A stretch of 64,000 nucleotides of DNA, from assembly GCA_002030045.1 (NCBI GenBank), contig LQBI01000002.1, positions 136,676 through 200,675 of the forward strand, written 5' to 3'. Both the position numbers and the translations under genes were made by a program. Position 1 is the stretch's first letter. Each line of letters opens with the position of its first letter. This DNA comes from Candidatus Aegiribacteria sp. MLS_C. Lineage in GTDB: Bacteria; Fermentibacterota; Fermentibacteria; Fermentibacterales; JCC-6. The notes below the pieces were generated by a model. The model was given only the letters and a program-made list of their open reading frames with translations. It searched no databases and was not told the origin of the DNA. Positions 28,003 through 37,660 of the stretch are shown here, one piece after another.

Positions 28003-29514
28003 CTAGTCGGCCTCCCGCTCATCGGTACCGCCTGAGACGTACCTTCTCTCCAGGCGCTTGAGCTGCTTGCCCGAGAGACCCCCGAGTGCGTCCATGGCGT
28101 TCCTGATGCGCATCCTGGTGACATCGCCGCCAAGTATCTCCATCGTATCGAAAAGCGGGGTCGAAACCTCCCTTCCGGTGACCGCCACGTACAGGGGTGC
28201 GGTCAGGTCCCTCAGCTTCATTCCAAGTTTTTCTGAAAGCTCCCTGAACATCGAGTAGATAGGATCCCTGCTGAAGACCGGAATCGCTTCAAGTTCCCAC
28301 AGGACTATCTGGAGGACCTCACAGGTTCCGGTCTCGTCCAGGTCTTTCATCAGCAGCTGCCCGGTCTCGTACTGTATCCTGCCGGTGAAGAAGTGGCCGG
28401 TAAGGTCGCCCCAGTCCGAGAGACTGGTCATCCTTCCCCTGCATATCTCGAGTATCCTCCGGAAGTGATCCCGGTTCAGCCCCCATTCAACCAGCCTGTC
28501 CATCAGCTCTTCCGTCGTGAAATCCTCCCTGATGTAGCGTCCGTTGAGCCATTTCAGCTTGTCCAGGTCGAAGACGGGCCCTCCGAGAGTGACATCTTCC
28601 AGCTGGAAGTTCTCCATCATGTCGGCTACGGAGAACTTCTCCTTCTCGTCGGAGAGATGCCAGCCCATCATTCCCAGGAAGTTCAGAAGGGCTTCGGGGA
28701 GTATTCCCGTTTTCCGGTACCAGTCGATCGACACGGGGTTCTTCCGCTTGGAAAGCTTGCTCCTGTCGCTGTTGCGGAGCAGTGGCAGATGACAGAACAC
28801 GGGGGGTTCCCAGCCGAAATAGTCGTAGAGGAGGACGTGTTTCGGGACGGAGTTGATCCATTCCTCGCCCCGGATTATGTGGGTTATCCGCATCAGATGA
28901 TCGTCCACCACCACGGCCAGGTGATAGGTGGGAAACCCGTCGGCCTTGAGTATCACCTGGTCGTCTATCGAGGCCCAGTCCTTCTCTATTTCACCCCTGA
29001 GCAGGTCGGTGAACCTGCATTTGCCCTCCAGGGGGACCTTCATCCTTACGGTGAATTCCTCACCCGCCTCTACCCTCCTCAATGCCTCTTCGGCAGGTAT
29101 ATCCCTGCATTTCCTGTCGTAACCGCTGCCGGCTCCGGTCCTCTGGCGTTCCTCGCGGACTTCGGCAAGCCTTTCCCGGCTGCAGAAACACGGGTAGGCA
29201 TGACCCTCCGCGATCAGCATCCGCACATGCTCCTGGTAGATGTCGAGCCTCTCACTCTGCCTGTACGGGCCGAAGGGACCTCCCACGTCGGGGCCTTCGT
29301 CCCATTCCAGACCCAGCCATTTCAGTGACCGTATTATGGCATCCTCGGATTCCCGGGTGGATCTCCCGCGGTCGGTGTCCTCTATTCGAAGGATGAACCT
29401 GCCGCCGTTCTTCCTGGCCCAGACGTAGTCGAAGAGTGCCTGGTAGGCGGTACCCACGTGAGGATCCCCGGTGGGGGACGGCGCCAGCCTCGTCCTTATC
29501 TCGTTGTCAGACAT
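28003..29514 (-). CDS. gltX: Glutamate--tRNA ligase
   Basis: Class I HIGH-type motif (PSPTGDPHVGTA) and KMSKS-type motif (KLSKRK). Confidence 0.9.
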   Translation of the reverse strand: MSDNEIRTRLAPSPTGDPHVGTAYQALFDYVWARKNGGRFILRIEDTDRGRSTRESEDAIIRSLKWLGLEWDEGPDVGGPFGPYRQSERLDIYQEHVRMLIAEGHAYPCFCSRERLAEVREERQRTGAGSGYDRKCRDIPAEEALRRVEAGEEFTVRMKVPLEGKCRFTDLLRGEIEKDWASIDDQVILKADGFPTYHLAVVVDDHLMRITHIIRGEEWINSVPKHVLLYDYFGWEPPVFCHLPLLRNSDRSKLSKRKNPVSIDWYRKTGILPEALLNFLGMMGWHLSDEKEKFSVADMMENFQLEDVTLGGPVFDLDKLKWLNGRYIREDFTTEELMDRLVEWGLNRDHFRRILEICRGRMTSLSDWGDLTGHFFTGRIQYETGQLLMKDLDETGTCEVLQIVLWELEAIPVFSRDPIYSMFRELSEKLGMKLRDLTAPLYVAVTGREVSTPLFDTMEILGGDVTRMRIRNAMDALGGLSGKQLKRLERRYVSGGTDEREAD

Positions 29515-29689
29515 ACGAACCTTTCGACTGTTTGACGTTGCACTTCGCTCCGAATATACAAATCGTTCCTGCCGGGGAGGACATTCGGTACTCGAAGGAG
29601 CTGACTTGAAATGCGTATGTCCATGTGATATTTTTAGCTCAGTTCAACTTGCGCAGGACCCGCCAGTATCACCGGACTAGTCTGGAGCG

Positions 29690-30841
29690 ATGATGAAACT
29701 AGAGGAATTTCAGGCAAAGAAGCTGTTCAGGGAACATGGGATCCCGGCGCCGGAGGGGATAATGGTTACCTCGGCGCCTGATGCGCGGGACGCCTCGGAG
29801 AAGATTGGCTTCCCGGTGGTGGTAAAGGCCCAGGTAAAGACAGGCGGAAGGGGAAAGGCCGGGGGAGTCAGGCTTGCCGGTTCTCCTGACGAGGCACAGG
29901 AAGCGGCGGAAGCCATACTGGGCATGGACATAAAGGGCTATACAGTGGAAAGGCTCCTGATCGACCCCGCCCTGAGAATATCCGGGGAGTACTACATCGG
30001 CATCACTGTGGACCGTAAACGTAAGATACCCGTGATGATGGCCTCCGCCTCCGGAGGCATGGACATTGAGAAGGTGGCGGCCGAGACCCCGGAGAGGATC
30101 ATCTTCCAGCCCATCGATCCCCATCGCGGCCTGAGAGGTTTCGAGGCCAAGAAACTTGCCTTCAGGCTGTTCTCCAAAAAGAAGAGGGCTATGGACACCT
30201 CGTTCATAATGGTGCGTCTCTGGCAGTGCTTCAACGACCTGGATGCGACCCTGGCGGAGATAAACCCCCTGGCCCTGCTGGAGGACGACTCCATAATGGC
30301 CCTGGACGCCAAGATCGTACTTGATGACAATGCTCTCTACAGGCATCCCCGAATGGAGGATATGAGGCTTCCCACCCCTTCGGATCAGAAGGAGCTGGGA
30401 GCAAAGAGCCACGGGCTCTCCTATGTGCAGCTTGACGGTGAGATAGGCTGCATGGTGAACGGGGCCGGTCTGGCCATGGCCACGATGGACGTGATAAAGC
30501 ATCTGGGAGGAACCCCCGCGAACTTCCTGGACATAGGCGGCAGCTCCAGTCCCGAGAAAGTGGTACACGCCATGGACCTCCTCGTATCCGATCCCAACGT
30601 CAGGGCGATACTCATCAACGTATTCGGCGGCATAACAAGGTGCGATGACGTGGCCAACGGCCTGGTCCAGGCCCTCTCTGGAATAGACCTCGACCTGCCG
30701 ATGGTCGTACGTCTTACCGGGACCAACGAGGAGGAGGGTATCAGGATCCTCTCGGAGCGAGGCATCAACGCGCTCAAGGACATGACCGGAGCGGCCAGGG
30801 AAGCGATCAGGCTGGCCCGGGAAGGGGGTGGGGCGAGATGA
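29690..30841 (+). CDS. sucC: Succinate--CoA ligase (ADP-forming) beta subunit
   Basis: ATP-grasp N-domain (EFQAKKLFREHGIP, VVKAQVKTGGRGKAGGV) and a CoA-ligase C-domain. Confidence 0.9.
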   Translation: MMKLEEFQAKKLFREHGIPAPEGIMVTSAPDARDASEKIGFPVVVKAQVKTGGRGKAGGVRLAGSPDEAQEAAEAILGMDIKGYTVERLLIDPALRISGEYYIGITVDRKRKIPVMMASASGGMDIEKVAAETPERIIFQPIDPHRGLRGFEAKKLAFRLFSKKKRAMDTSFIMVRLWQCFNDLDATLAEINPLALLEDDSIMALDAKIVLDDNALYRHPRMEDMRLPTPSDQKELGAKSHGLSYVQLDGEIGCMVNGAGLAMATMDVIKHLGGTPANFLDIGGSSSPEKVVHAMDLLVSDPNVRAILINVFGGITRCDDVANGLVQALSGIDLDLPMVVRLTGTNEEEGIRILSERGINALKDMTGAAREAIRLAREGGGAR

Positions 30842-31713
30842 GCATACTCATTGACGGGAAGACCAGGACGATGGTGCAGGGCCTTGGTCGGGACGGTTCC
30901 TTCCACGCCGGACAGATGCTGGAGTACGGGACGGATCTGGTGGCCTGCATCCATCCGGGCAGGGGCGGATCTTCCTTCCAGGGTATTCCGGTCTTCAATA
31001 CCGCGCAGGAGGCGGTCGAGGAGACCGACGCGGAGTGCTCGGTCGTCTTCGTCCCGGCTCCTTTCGCGGCCGACGCTATACTGGAGAGCGCCAACGCCGG
31101 AGTGGAACTCGTTGTAGCGGTGACGGAAGGTATTCCGGTGCTGGACATGTCCAGAGTGGTCAGGGAACTGGATGAGCTGGGTACAAGGCTGGTGGGTCCC
31201 AACTGCCCGGGTCTCATCTCACCAGGAAAGTCGAAAGCCGGAATAATGCCCGGCAATATCTTCAGGCAGGGTCCGGTGGGAGTGATATCCAGGAGCGGCA
31301 CGCTCACCTACGAGGTGGTGAACCAGCTGACACTGGCAGGGCACGGCCAGTCCACCGCAATAGGCATGGGCGGCGACCCGGTAGTCGGGATGAAATACAA
31401 CGATTTTCTGCGACTCTTCGACAGGGATCCCGAGACCGGGCTGGTGGTGATCGTCGGAGAGATAGGGGGAAGCGATGAACAGGATGCCGCCGATTTCGTA
31501 AGCAGAAACTTCTCAAAACCCGTCGTGGGGTACATAGTCGGCAGGAGCGCTCCCCCCGGGAAGAGGATGGGTCACGCGGGAGCCATAATATCAGGCGCGG
31601 AGAGTACGGCTGAAGCAAAGGTCGGTTTCCTCAGGGAGAACGGCATACCGGTTGCGGATACGGTTGAGCAGATAGTGGAACTCGTATCCGAAGGATTGGG
31701 AGGACGGAATTGA
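30838..31713 (+). CDS. sucD: Succinate--CoA ligase alpha subunit
   Basis: CoA-binding Rossmann fold (KTRTMVQGLGRDGSFH) and phosphohistidine loop (SRSGTLTYE...GHGQSTAIGMGGD). 4-nt overlap with sucC. Confidence 0.9.
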   Translation: MSILIDGKTRTMVQGLGRDGSFHAGQMLEYGTDLVACIHPGRGGSSFQGIPVFNTAQEAVEETDAECSVVFVPAPFAADAILESANAGVELVVAVTEGIPVLDMSRVVRELDELGTRLVGPNCPGLISPGKSKAGIMPGNIFRQGPVGVISRSGTLTYEVVNQLTLAGHGQSTAIGMGGDPVVGMKYNDFLRLFDRDPETGLVVIVGEIGGSDEQDAADFVSRNFSKPVVGYIVGRSAPPGKRMGHAGAIISGAESTAEAKVGFLRENGIPVADTVEQIVELVSEGLGGRN

Positions 31714-32555
31714 GAGAGCTTGACGTTGCCCGAATAACCGAAGCGGTGAGAGAGCTTTCGATAGAGACCAACATATACCTTCCCGACGATGTCAAGAATG
31801 CTCTGAGAGAAGCCCTGGATAGGGAGGAGTCTCCCCTTGGCAGGGAAATACTCCAGGTCATACTTGAGAACCTGGACATAGCGGAGAGAGAGAAGATGCC
31901 CATCTGCCAGGATACAGGGGTAGCCATCGTCTTCCTGGAGGTGGGGCAGGACGTCCATCTGACCGGGGGCGACCTCGAGGGTGCGATCAACGAAGGGGTC
32001 AGACAGGGTTATTCCGAGGGCTACCTCCGCAAATCCATGGTCGACGACCCGGTCATGAGAAGGAAGAACACCACCGATAACACTCCGGCCATCATATATA
32101 CCAGGATAGTACCCGGCGACAGGGTCAAGATCACCTTCGCCCCCAAGGGCGGAGGGGCGGAGAACATGAGCGAGGTCCGCATGATGACCGCCGCAGACGG
32201 TATTGAGGGAGTAAAGGACTTCGTGGTGGACAGGGTCGCCAGGTCCGGAGGCAATCCGTGCCCCCCCATCGTGGTGGGAGTCGGAATCGGAGGCAGCTTC
32301 GAGAGGTGCGCCATGCTGGCCAAGGAAGCTCTGATGCGTCCCATCGGGGAATCCAATCCCGACCCGGAGTACGACAGCGTGGAGAAGGAACTGCTGAAAA
32401 GGATCAACAACCTGGGAATAGGCCCCCAGGGGCTGGGAGGAAGGACCACGGCCCTGGCCGTGCACATCAGGACAGTCCCGTGCCACATAGCCTCGATGCC
32501 GGTGGCGGTCAACGTTCAGTGCCATGCCAGCAGGCATGCCGAGAGAACACTCTAG
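31710..32555 (+). CDS. Fe-S hydro-lyase, fumarate/tartrate class I, alpha (N-terminal) subunit
   Basis: CQDTG Fe-S ligand motif and a GIGGSFE motif typical of FumA/TtdA N-domains. TTG start overlaps the sucD stop. Confidence 0.8.
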   Translation: MRELDVARITEAVRELSIETNIYLPDDVKNALREALDREESPLGREILQVILENLDIAEREKMPICQDTGVAIVFLEVGQDVHLTGGDLEGAINEGVRQGYSEGYLRKSMVDDPVMRRKNTTDNTPAIIYTRIVPGDRVKITFAPKGGGAENMSEVRMMTAADGIEGVKDFVVDRVARSGGNPCPPIVVGVGIGGSFERCAMLAKEALMRPIGESNPDPEYDSVEKELLKRINNLGIGPQGLGGRTTALAVHIRTVPCHIASMPVAVNVQCHASRHAERTL

Positions 32556-32575
32556 CAGGGCAGGAGGCGATTCCA

Positions 32576-33139
32576 TTGAAGACCGTAGAACTGATAACTC
32601 CCCTGGACGAGGCACAGTTAGCGGGCCTCGAGGCCGGGGACAAGGTCCTCCTCTCCGGGGAGATCTACACAGCCAGAGATGCGGCGCACAAGAGACTGGT
32701 GGCGCTGATAGAGGAAGGGAAGGAGCTTCCCTTCGATCTCAGGGGAGCCGTTATCTACTATGTCGGCCCGGCACCCGCCAGGCCGGGTCAGGTCATGAAC
32801 TCGGCGGGACCGACCACCAGCTACAGGATGGACGTCTTTACCCCCCTGCTCCTCGAGCATGGTCTGAAGGGAACCATAGGCAAGGGACCGAGGTCAATGA
32901 AGGTCCGTGAATCCATGGTCAAGAACGGGGGCATCTATCTGGCCGCCGTGGGAGGCGCTGCGGCCGGAATAGCATCGGCGGTCAGGAAGGCGGAGGTCAT
33001 AGCCTACGAGGACCTTGGTCCGGAAGCCATCAGGAGGCTTGTGGTGGAGAGGATGCCACTCTTCGTCGTGAACGACATCAGGGGCAACGACCTCTTCGAG
33101 CTGGGAGTGGCGGAATACCGCAGGGAAGGTACTAATTGA
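32576..33139 (+). CDS. Fe-S hydro-lyase, fumarate/tartrate class I, beta (C-terminal) subunit
   Basis: Swivel beta-domain signature (GEIYTARDAAHKRL, GAVIYYVGPAPA, GTIGKGPR). TTG start with AGGAGG 7 nt upstream. Confidence 0.75.
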   Translation: MKTVELITPLDEAQLAGLEAGDKVLLSGEIYTARDAAHKRLVALIEEGKELPFDLRGAVIYYVGPAPARPGQVMNSAGPTTSYRMDVFTPLLLEHGLKGTIGKGPRSMKVRESMVKNGGIYLAAVGGAAAGIASAVRKAEVIAYEDLGPEAIRRLVVERMPLFVVNDIRGNDLFELGVAEYRREGTN

Positions 33140-33167
33140 TCTGTCTCATGCCTGAACGGACGGAATA

Positions 33168-34622
33168 ATGAAAGAATTCGACCTTACGCTGAAGAACCTG
33201 GGTGATCTCTTCCCCGAGGACTTCTCAGAGGAACAGAAAGCAAAGGCAAAGACCGTCTTCCTGAAGGAGCTGGCCTTCAGGATGCACAAGTTCTACCGGG
33301 GCAAGATGATCACGGTCCCCAAGGCCGGTCTTTACGGTTTCAACTGGTTCAACGTATGGTACACGCCCGGCGTTTCCAGGGTATCCACCACCATCAGGGA
33401 CAACAACGAGATGGCCTATGAACTAACCAACAAGGGCAATCTCATAGGGGTTGTCAGCGATTCCACGAGAGTGCTGGGCGACGGCGACTGCACCCCTCCG
33501 GGAGGACTCGGGGTGATGGAGGGCAAGGCCTTCCTGATGAAGTATCTGGGCGGTGTCGACGCAGTGGCACTCTGCATAAACAACCGTGACTCCAGCGGCA
33601 ACCCGGATCCGGACAGGATAATAGACTTCGTCAAGATGGCGGAGCCCAGCTTCGGGGGTATCAACCTCGAGGACATCTCCCAGCCGAACTGCTTCAAGGT
33701 ACTGGACACCCTCAGGGAGGAATGCGACATACCGGTCTGGCACGATGACGCACAGGGGACCGGTTGTGTCACCCTCGCGGGGCTCCTGGGCGCGCTCGAA
33801 GTGGTAGGCAAGAAGCTGGAGAACGCCCGTATCGTCTTCATCGGGGCGGGGGCTTCCAACACCACAATCGCCCGGCTTATCATAACGGCAGGCGGAGACC
33901 CGAAGAAGATGGTCATGTTCGATTCCAGCGGGAGCCTGTCCTCGGACCGCAGTGATGTTGAGGAGGACAAGCGCTTCTACAGGAAATGGGAACTCTGCCA
34001 GGCTACGAATCCGGAGAAGTTCCAGACCCATGCCGAGGCCATAAAGGGCGCCGATGCCCTCATAGCGGTCTCCAGACCCGGACCAGGTCTCATTCCCCAC
34101 GAGTGGATAAGGTCCATGGCTTCCGATCCCATCGTGTTCGCCTGCGCCAACCCGGTTCCCGAGATATACCCCTACGAGGCCAGGGAGGCTGGAGCCGCGA
34201 TCGTGGCCACAGGCAGGGGGGATTTTCCCAACCAGGTGAACAACTCCCTCGGTTTTCCCGGCATACTGAAGGGCGCCCTGCTGGTAAGGGCAAGGGCCAT
34301 AACTGACAACATGGCGGTGGCTGCGGCCCGTTCGCTGGCCGGCTTCGCGGGCAGGAACGGGTTCAGTCCAGACTACATAATACCAACGATGGACGAGGCC
34401 GACGTCTTTCCCGAAGAGGCGGCCGATGTTGCCATGCAGGCCATAAGGGACGGCGTGGCAAGGAGGGAGATGACCAGGGCCCAGGCAGTGGAAGAGGCCA
34501 GGAACGACATAATGGAGGCCAGAAAAATGGTTCACAGTCTCATGGAGGAGGGATTCATCAGGGAACCCCCGCTGGAGCTGATGGAGGAATCGCTCAAGCT
34601 GGCCATAGACTCCGTGACCTGA
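33168..34622 (+). CDS. maeA: NAD(P)-dependent malic enzyme (malate dehydrogenase, oxaloacetate-decarboxylating)
   Basis: Malic enzyme N-domain motifs (VYTPGV, DSTRVLGDGDCTPPGGLGVMEGKAFLMK) and NAD-binding GAGASNT. Confidence 0.85.
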   Translation: MKEFDLTLKNLGDLFPEDFSEEQKAKAKTVFLKELAFRMHKFYRGKMITVPKAGLYGFNWFNVWYTPGVSRVSTTIRDNNEMAYELTNKGNLIGVVSDSTRVLGDGDCTPPGGLGVMEGKAFLMKYLGGVDAVALCINNRDSSGNPDPDRIIDFVKMAEPSFGGINLEDISQPNCFKVLDTLREECDIPVWHDDAQGTGCVTLAGLLGALEVVGKKLENARIVFIGAGASNTTIARLIITAGGDPKKMVMFDSSGSLSSDRSDVEEDKRFYRKWELCQATNPEKFQTHAEAIKGADALIAVSRPGPGLIPHEWIRSMASDPIVFACANPVPEIYPYEAREAGAAIVATGRGDFPNQVNNSLGFPGILKGALLVRARAITDNMAVAAARSLAGFAGRNGFSPDYIIPTMDEADVFPEEAADVAMQAIRDGVARREMTRAQAVEEARNDIMEARKMVHSLMEEGFIREPPLELMEESLKLAIDSVT

Positions 34623-34629
34623 CGTATCG

Positions 34630-34660
34630 GGAGGGAGGCGGATCCCCTCCGCCTCCCTCC
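34630..34660 (+). terminator. 12-bp GC hairpin ggagggaggcgg-atcccct-ccgcctccctcc, then a second hairpin gggtcc-ggcg-ggaccc; no U-tract
   Basis: Seen directly downstream of the maeA stop. Confidence 0.35.
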
Positions 34661-34734
34661 GGCCTGAGACCCGGTTCTACCTTCGGCGGGTCCGGCGGGA
34701 CCCTCCCTGAACCAGGAGCGCGAAAGGAACAGAG

Positions 34735-35223
34735 ATGAACGAAGTCCTCATGACTAGACGACGGAAGATCATAAGGTTCACGTGTCACGGTGTTCCGGCC
34801 AAACCGGGCGTAGCTGGGAAGCTCTTCTCGGCGCTGGGAGGGGAGAGCATAAACATCGTCCATATGTTCAACACAGAACACGGCCCGGATGAAGGGGATA
34901 TTTCCTTCAGCGTCTCCGAGGAGTGTTTTGACAAGGCCAGTACCGTCCTGGAACGGGTAAGGGGGGAGATCGGCATCGAGGAAATCACGGTGCAGCATGA
35001 ACTGGCCATTCTCAGCTTCGACCTGGAAGAGACCGTCTGCGATTCCGTGATAGGTACGATGACCCTGGCACTGAGCGCCCTGGCCAGGGAGCACATCGAC
35101 GTGAAGCACATAGCAGCGAGCCGCAGCAGGGTCTTCGTGGTGCTCAACGACGAGGAGGCGGAAAGGGCTTCCTACATCCTCAGCAGGGTCCTGAAGGAGG
35201 ATCCCATAATACACCCGATCTGA
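34735..35223 (+). CDS. ACT-domain protein (tandem ACT-like regulatory domains)
   Basis: Two beta-alpha-beta-beta-alpha-beta segments with G-x-hydrophobic ligand-loop motifs (HGVPAKPGVAGKLFSAL; DSVIGTMTLAL). Confidence 0.45.
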   Translation: MNEVLMTRRRKIIRFTCHGVPAKPGVAGKLFSALGGESINIVHMFNTEHGPDEGDISFSVSEECFDKASTVLERVRGEIGIEEITVQHELAILSFDLEETVCDSVIGTMTLALSALAREHIDVKHIAASRSRVFVVLNDEEAERASYILSRVLKEDPIIHPI

Positions 35224-35293
35224 TCCGGAAGGCGCTGCAGCGACTGTTTTCCAGTTAGTTAGGTCAGGCCGGTACAGGTCGACCGGTAACACT

Positions 35294-37651
35294 ATGCAAC
35301 GGGGGTCAGCGATGATGAGATCCATATTATGCCTTACGATTCTCGTGGTATCGGCCGGATCGGTCCTGGCCGTCGACGAACCTGGTCCATCACCGGTTTT
35401 CGACTGGACCGCCTACCCCGAGGTGGCTGGTCCTGACCTCGTAAACCCTGCAGGATTCGGATTTCTTCGGGACCTGCAGCTCGGAATAGGATATGCAGGA
35501 TCCGACAGTGCTTTTGAAGGGTTCGACCGAATCTCACTGGCTGTTCCGGGGGCAGGCCTGTCCGGCTGGTGGGAGGACGACCTGGACATGAGGAAGTTCA
35601 CCCTCTCCTCGGGTTTCGATATCCTCGAAGGGACCGCCTCCCTGGGAGTAGGCTACACATGGTTCGACCCCACTGTAAGGAACAGCCCCTTCTCCGGTGG
35701 AGACCTCTTCACATTCGGCATGCTGGTGCGTCCGCTGGACTGGTTAAGTATGGGAATGGTCAGAAGGGGCGGTGTGGACCTTAAGGGTGATGATGACGTG
35801 GACCCTTCGTACAGGGCCGGAGTCGGACTGAGACCATTCGGATCCCGACTGACAGTCACCGTCGACCTGGAGACCGGCGACGACTTCGAGGATTACTACC
35901 TGTCGGCGGGGATGGAATACCGTCCCATCGAGGGGCTGGCCCTGAGGGCCGACGTAGGGGAGGACAGGGTCGGTCTCGGACTTGAGGCCGGTCTGGGAGG
36001 TTGCGCCGTCTCGGCAGGAGCCGTCAGCGACCAGGACTACGAATACTCTTCCTCCCGGGGAGAGCTGGTCTTCCTGGCGTCGCCGGGAGAGGACCTCTTC
36101 AGGCCGCGCGGCGTACTGGTTAGGCTACGTGCCGACGGCTGGGACGAGCTAAGGCAGAGGCCCTTCCTCGGAAGCGTCCAGCCCTGCTTTACGGATATCG
36201 CCCTTCTTCTGCTCCGTCTGGCGGGAGACGACGGGGTATCAGGCGTTCTGGTGGACATACGGCATTCAGACCTGTCCCCCGCCCGCTCTGAAGAACTCAG
36301 GTACCTGCTCGAACGGTTCAGTAACGCCGGCAAGGGTGTGTGGTTCTACATCGAGGACGGCGCCGGCGACGAGTACTACCTCGCCTCGATGGGAGACGGC
36401 ATATGGATCCATCCGGCGGGGGACGTATCTTTCATGGGAGTCTCCTCCCAGGCGTTCTTCCTGCGTGATTTCCTGGACAGGCTTGGCATCTACCCGGAGT
36501 TCCTGCATATAGGTGAATTCAAGAGCGCCAGCGACATGCTGACCAGGTCGGACATGTCCGAATCCCAGAGGATCGCCACCACAGCCCTCATCGAATCCTT
36601 CCAGGAGGAACTGGTTCAGGGCGTCTCGAGGGGCAGGGACCTGGAGCCGTCACAGATAAGCGAAATGATGGCTGCCGGTCCGTACAGCGCCGGAATGGCC
36701 CTGGACGAAGGTCTTGTGGACGGTATCTGCCACCTGGACCAGGTTCCCGAGGAGATCGGCGGCGGTATGCGGGTCGTGGACCTGTGGGATTATGCCGCTG
36801 CGATGCCGTCGGAGGAGGAGTGGGGTCCGAAGGGACACATAGCTGTGGTGGTGGCCACCGGTTCAATAATGCGGGGAGAGAGCGGCTCATCTTTTCCCAT
36901 GGGAAGGGTGATGGGCAGCGAGAGCGTTTGTGATGCTCTCGAACATGCCGCTTCGCAGCCCGGCGTAAGGGCCATAGTGCTGAGGATAGACTCCGGCGGG
37001 GGTGACGCCCTGGCCAGCTCCGATATGCATCGCAAGGTCCAGCAGATAAGGGAACAGGTCCCGGTGATAGTATCGATGGGGGACGTCGCCGCTTCCGGCG
37101 GCTACTACATGGCCTGCGGTGCTGACAGGGTCTTCGCGGACAGGATGACGTTGACCGGTTCCATCGGCATCATTTCCGGCAAGTTCGTTTTCGGTGATAT
37201 GCTGGACAGTCTGGGTATCGCACATGAGGAGATCGAGACCGGTCCCATGTCGGCCATGTACAGCCCCTTCCAGAGGTACACGGACGAGGAGAGGGCCAGG
37301 GCCATGGAACTCCTCCAGGACGGTTACGACCTCTTCGTGAACACCGTTGCGGAAGGCCGGGGAATGACCTACGACGAAGTGGACTCCGTGGCAAGGGGCA
37401 GGATCTGGTCAGGCAGAGACGCCATGGGAATAGGGCTTGTCGACGAGCTTGGAGGAGTCGCCGACGCCGTCATGTACGCCGCCGGAATGACCGGTATGGA
37501 TGGAACGGAAGTCCCGGAGGTCAGAGTCTACCCGTCCCCTGATTTTCCAGGAACCATGTCCGTGCCCGGTTTCGGCGTTTCGGAAGATGTGCTGGAGTAC
37601 TTCGGGGAGCAGAGGATGCTCTACCTGATGCAGCCGATGGTCCTGGACTGA
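35294..37651 (+). CDS. sppA: Signal peptide peptidase SppA (67K type, tandem ClpP-fold domains) with an N-terminal extension of about 280 aa
   Basis: Signal peptide. S49 motifs (VSMGDVAASGGYYMACGADRVFADRMTLTGSIGI; LRIDSGGGDALASSDMHRKV). Confidence 0.75.
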   Translation: MQRGSAMMRSILCLTILVVSAGSVLAVDEPGPSPVFDWTAYPEVAGPDLVNPAGFGFLRDLQLGIGYAGSDSAFEGFDRISLAVPGAGLSGWWEDDLDMRKFTLSSGFDILEGTASLGVGYTWFDPTVRNSPFSGGDLFTFGMLVRPLDWLSMGMVRRGGVDLKGDDDVDPSYRAGVGLRPFGSRLTVTVDLETGDDFEDYYLSAGMEYRPIEGLALRADVGEDRVGLGLEAGLGGCAVSAGAVSDQDYEYSSSRGELVFLASPGEDLFRPRGVLVRLRADGWDELRQRPFLGSVQPCFTDIALLLLRLAGDDGVSGVLVDIRHSDLSPARSEELRYLLERFSNAGKGVWFYIEDGAGDEYYLASMGDGIWIHPAGDVSFMGVSSQAFFLRDFLDRLGIYPEFLHIGEFKSASDMLTRSDMSESQRIATTALIESFQEELVQGVSRGRDLEPSQISEMMAAGPYSAGMALDEGLVDGICHLDQVPEEIGGGMRVVDLWDYAAAMPSEEEWGPKGHIAVVVATGSIMRGESGSSFPMGRVMGSESVCDALEHAASQPGVRAIVLRIDSGGGDALASSDMHRKVQQIREQVPVIVSMGDVAASGGYYMACGADRVFADRMTLTGSIGIISGKFVFGDMLDSLGIAHEEIETGPMSAMYSPFQRYTDEERARAMELLQDGYDLFVNTVAEGRGMTYDEVDSVARGRIWSGRDAMGIGLVDELGGVADAVMYAAGMTGMDGTEVPEVRVYPSPDFPGTMSVPGFGVSEDVLEYFGEQRMLYLMQPMVLD

Positions 37652-37660
37652 CCCGGGAGG

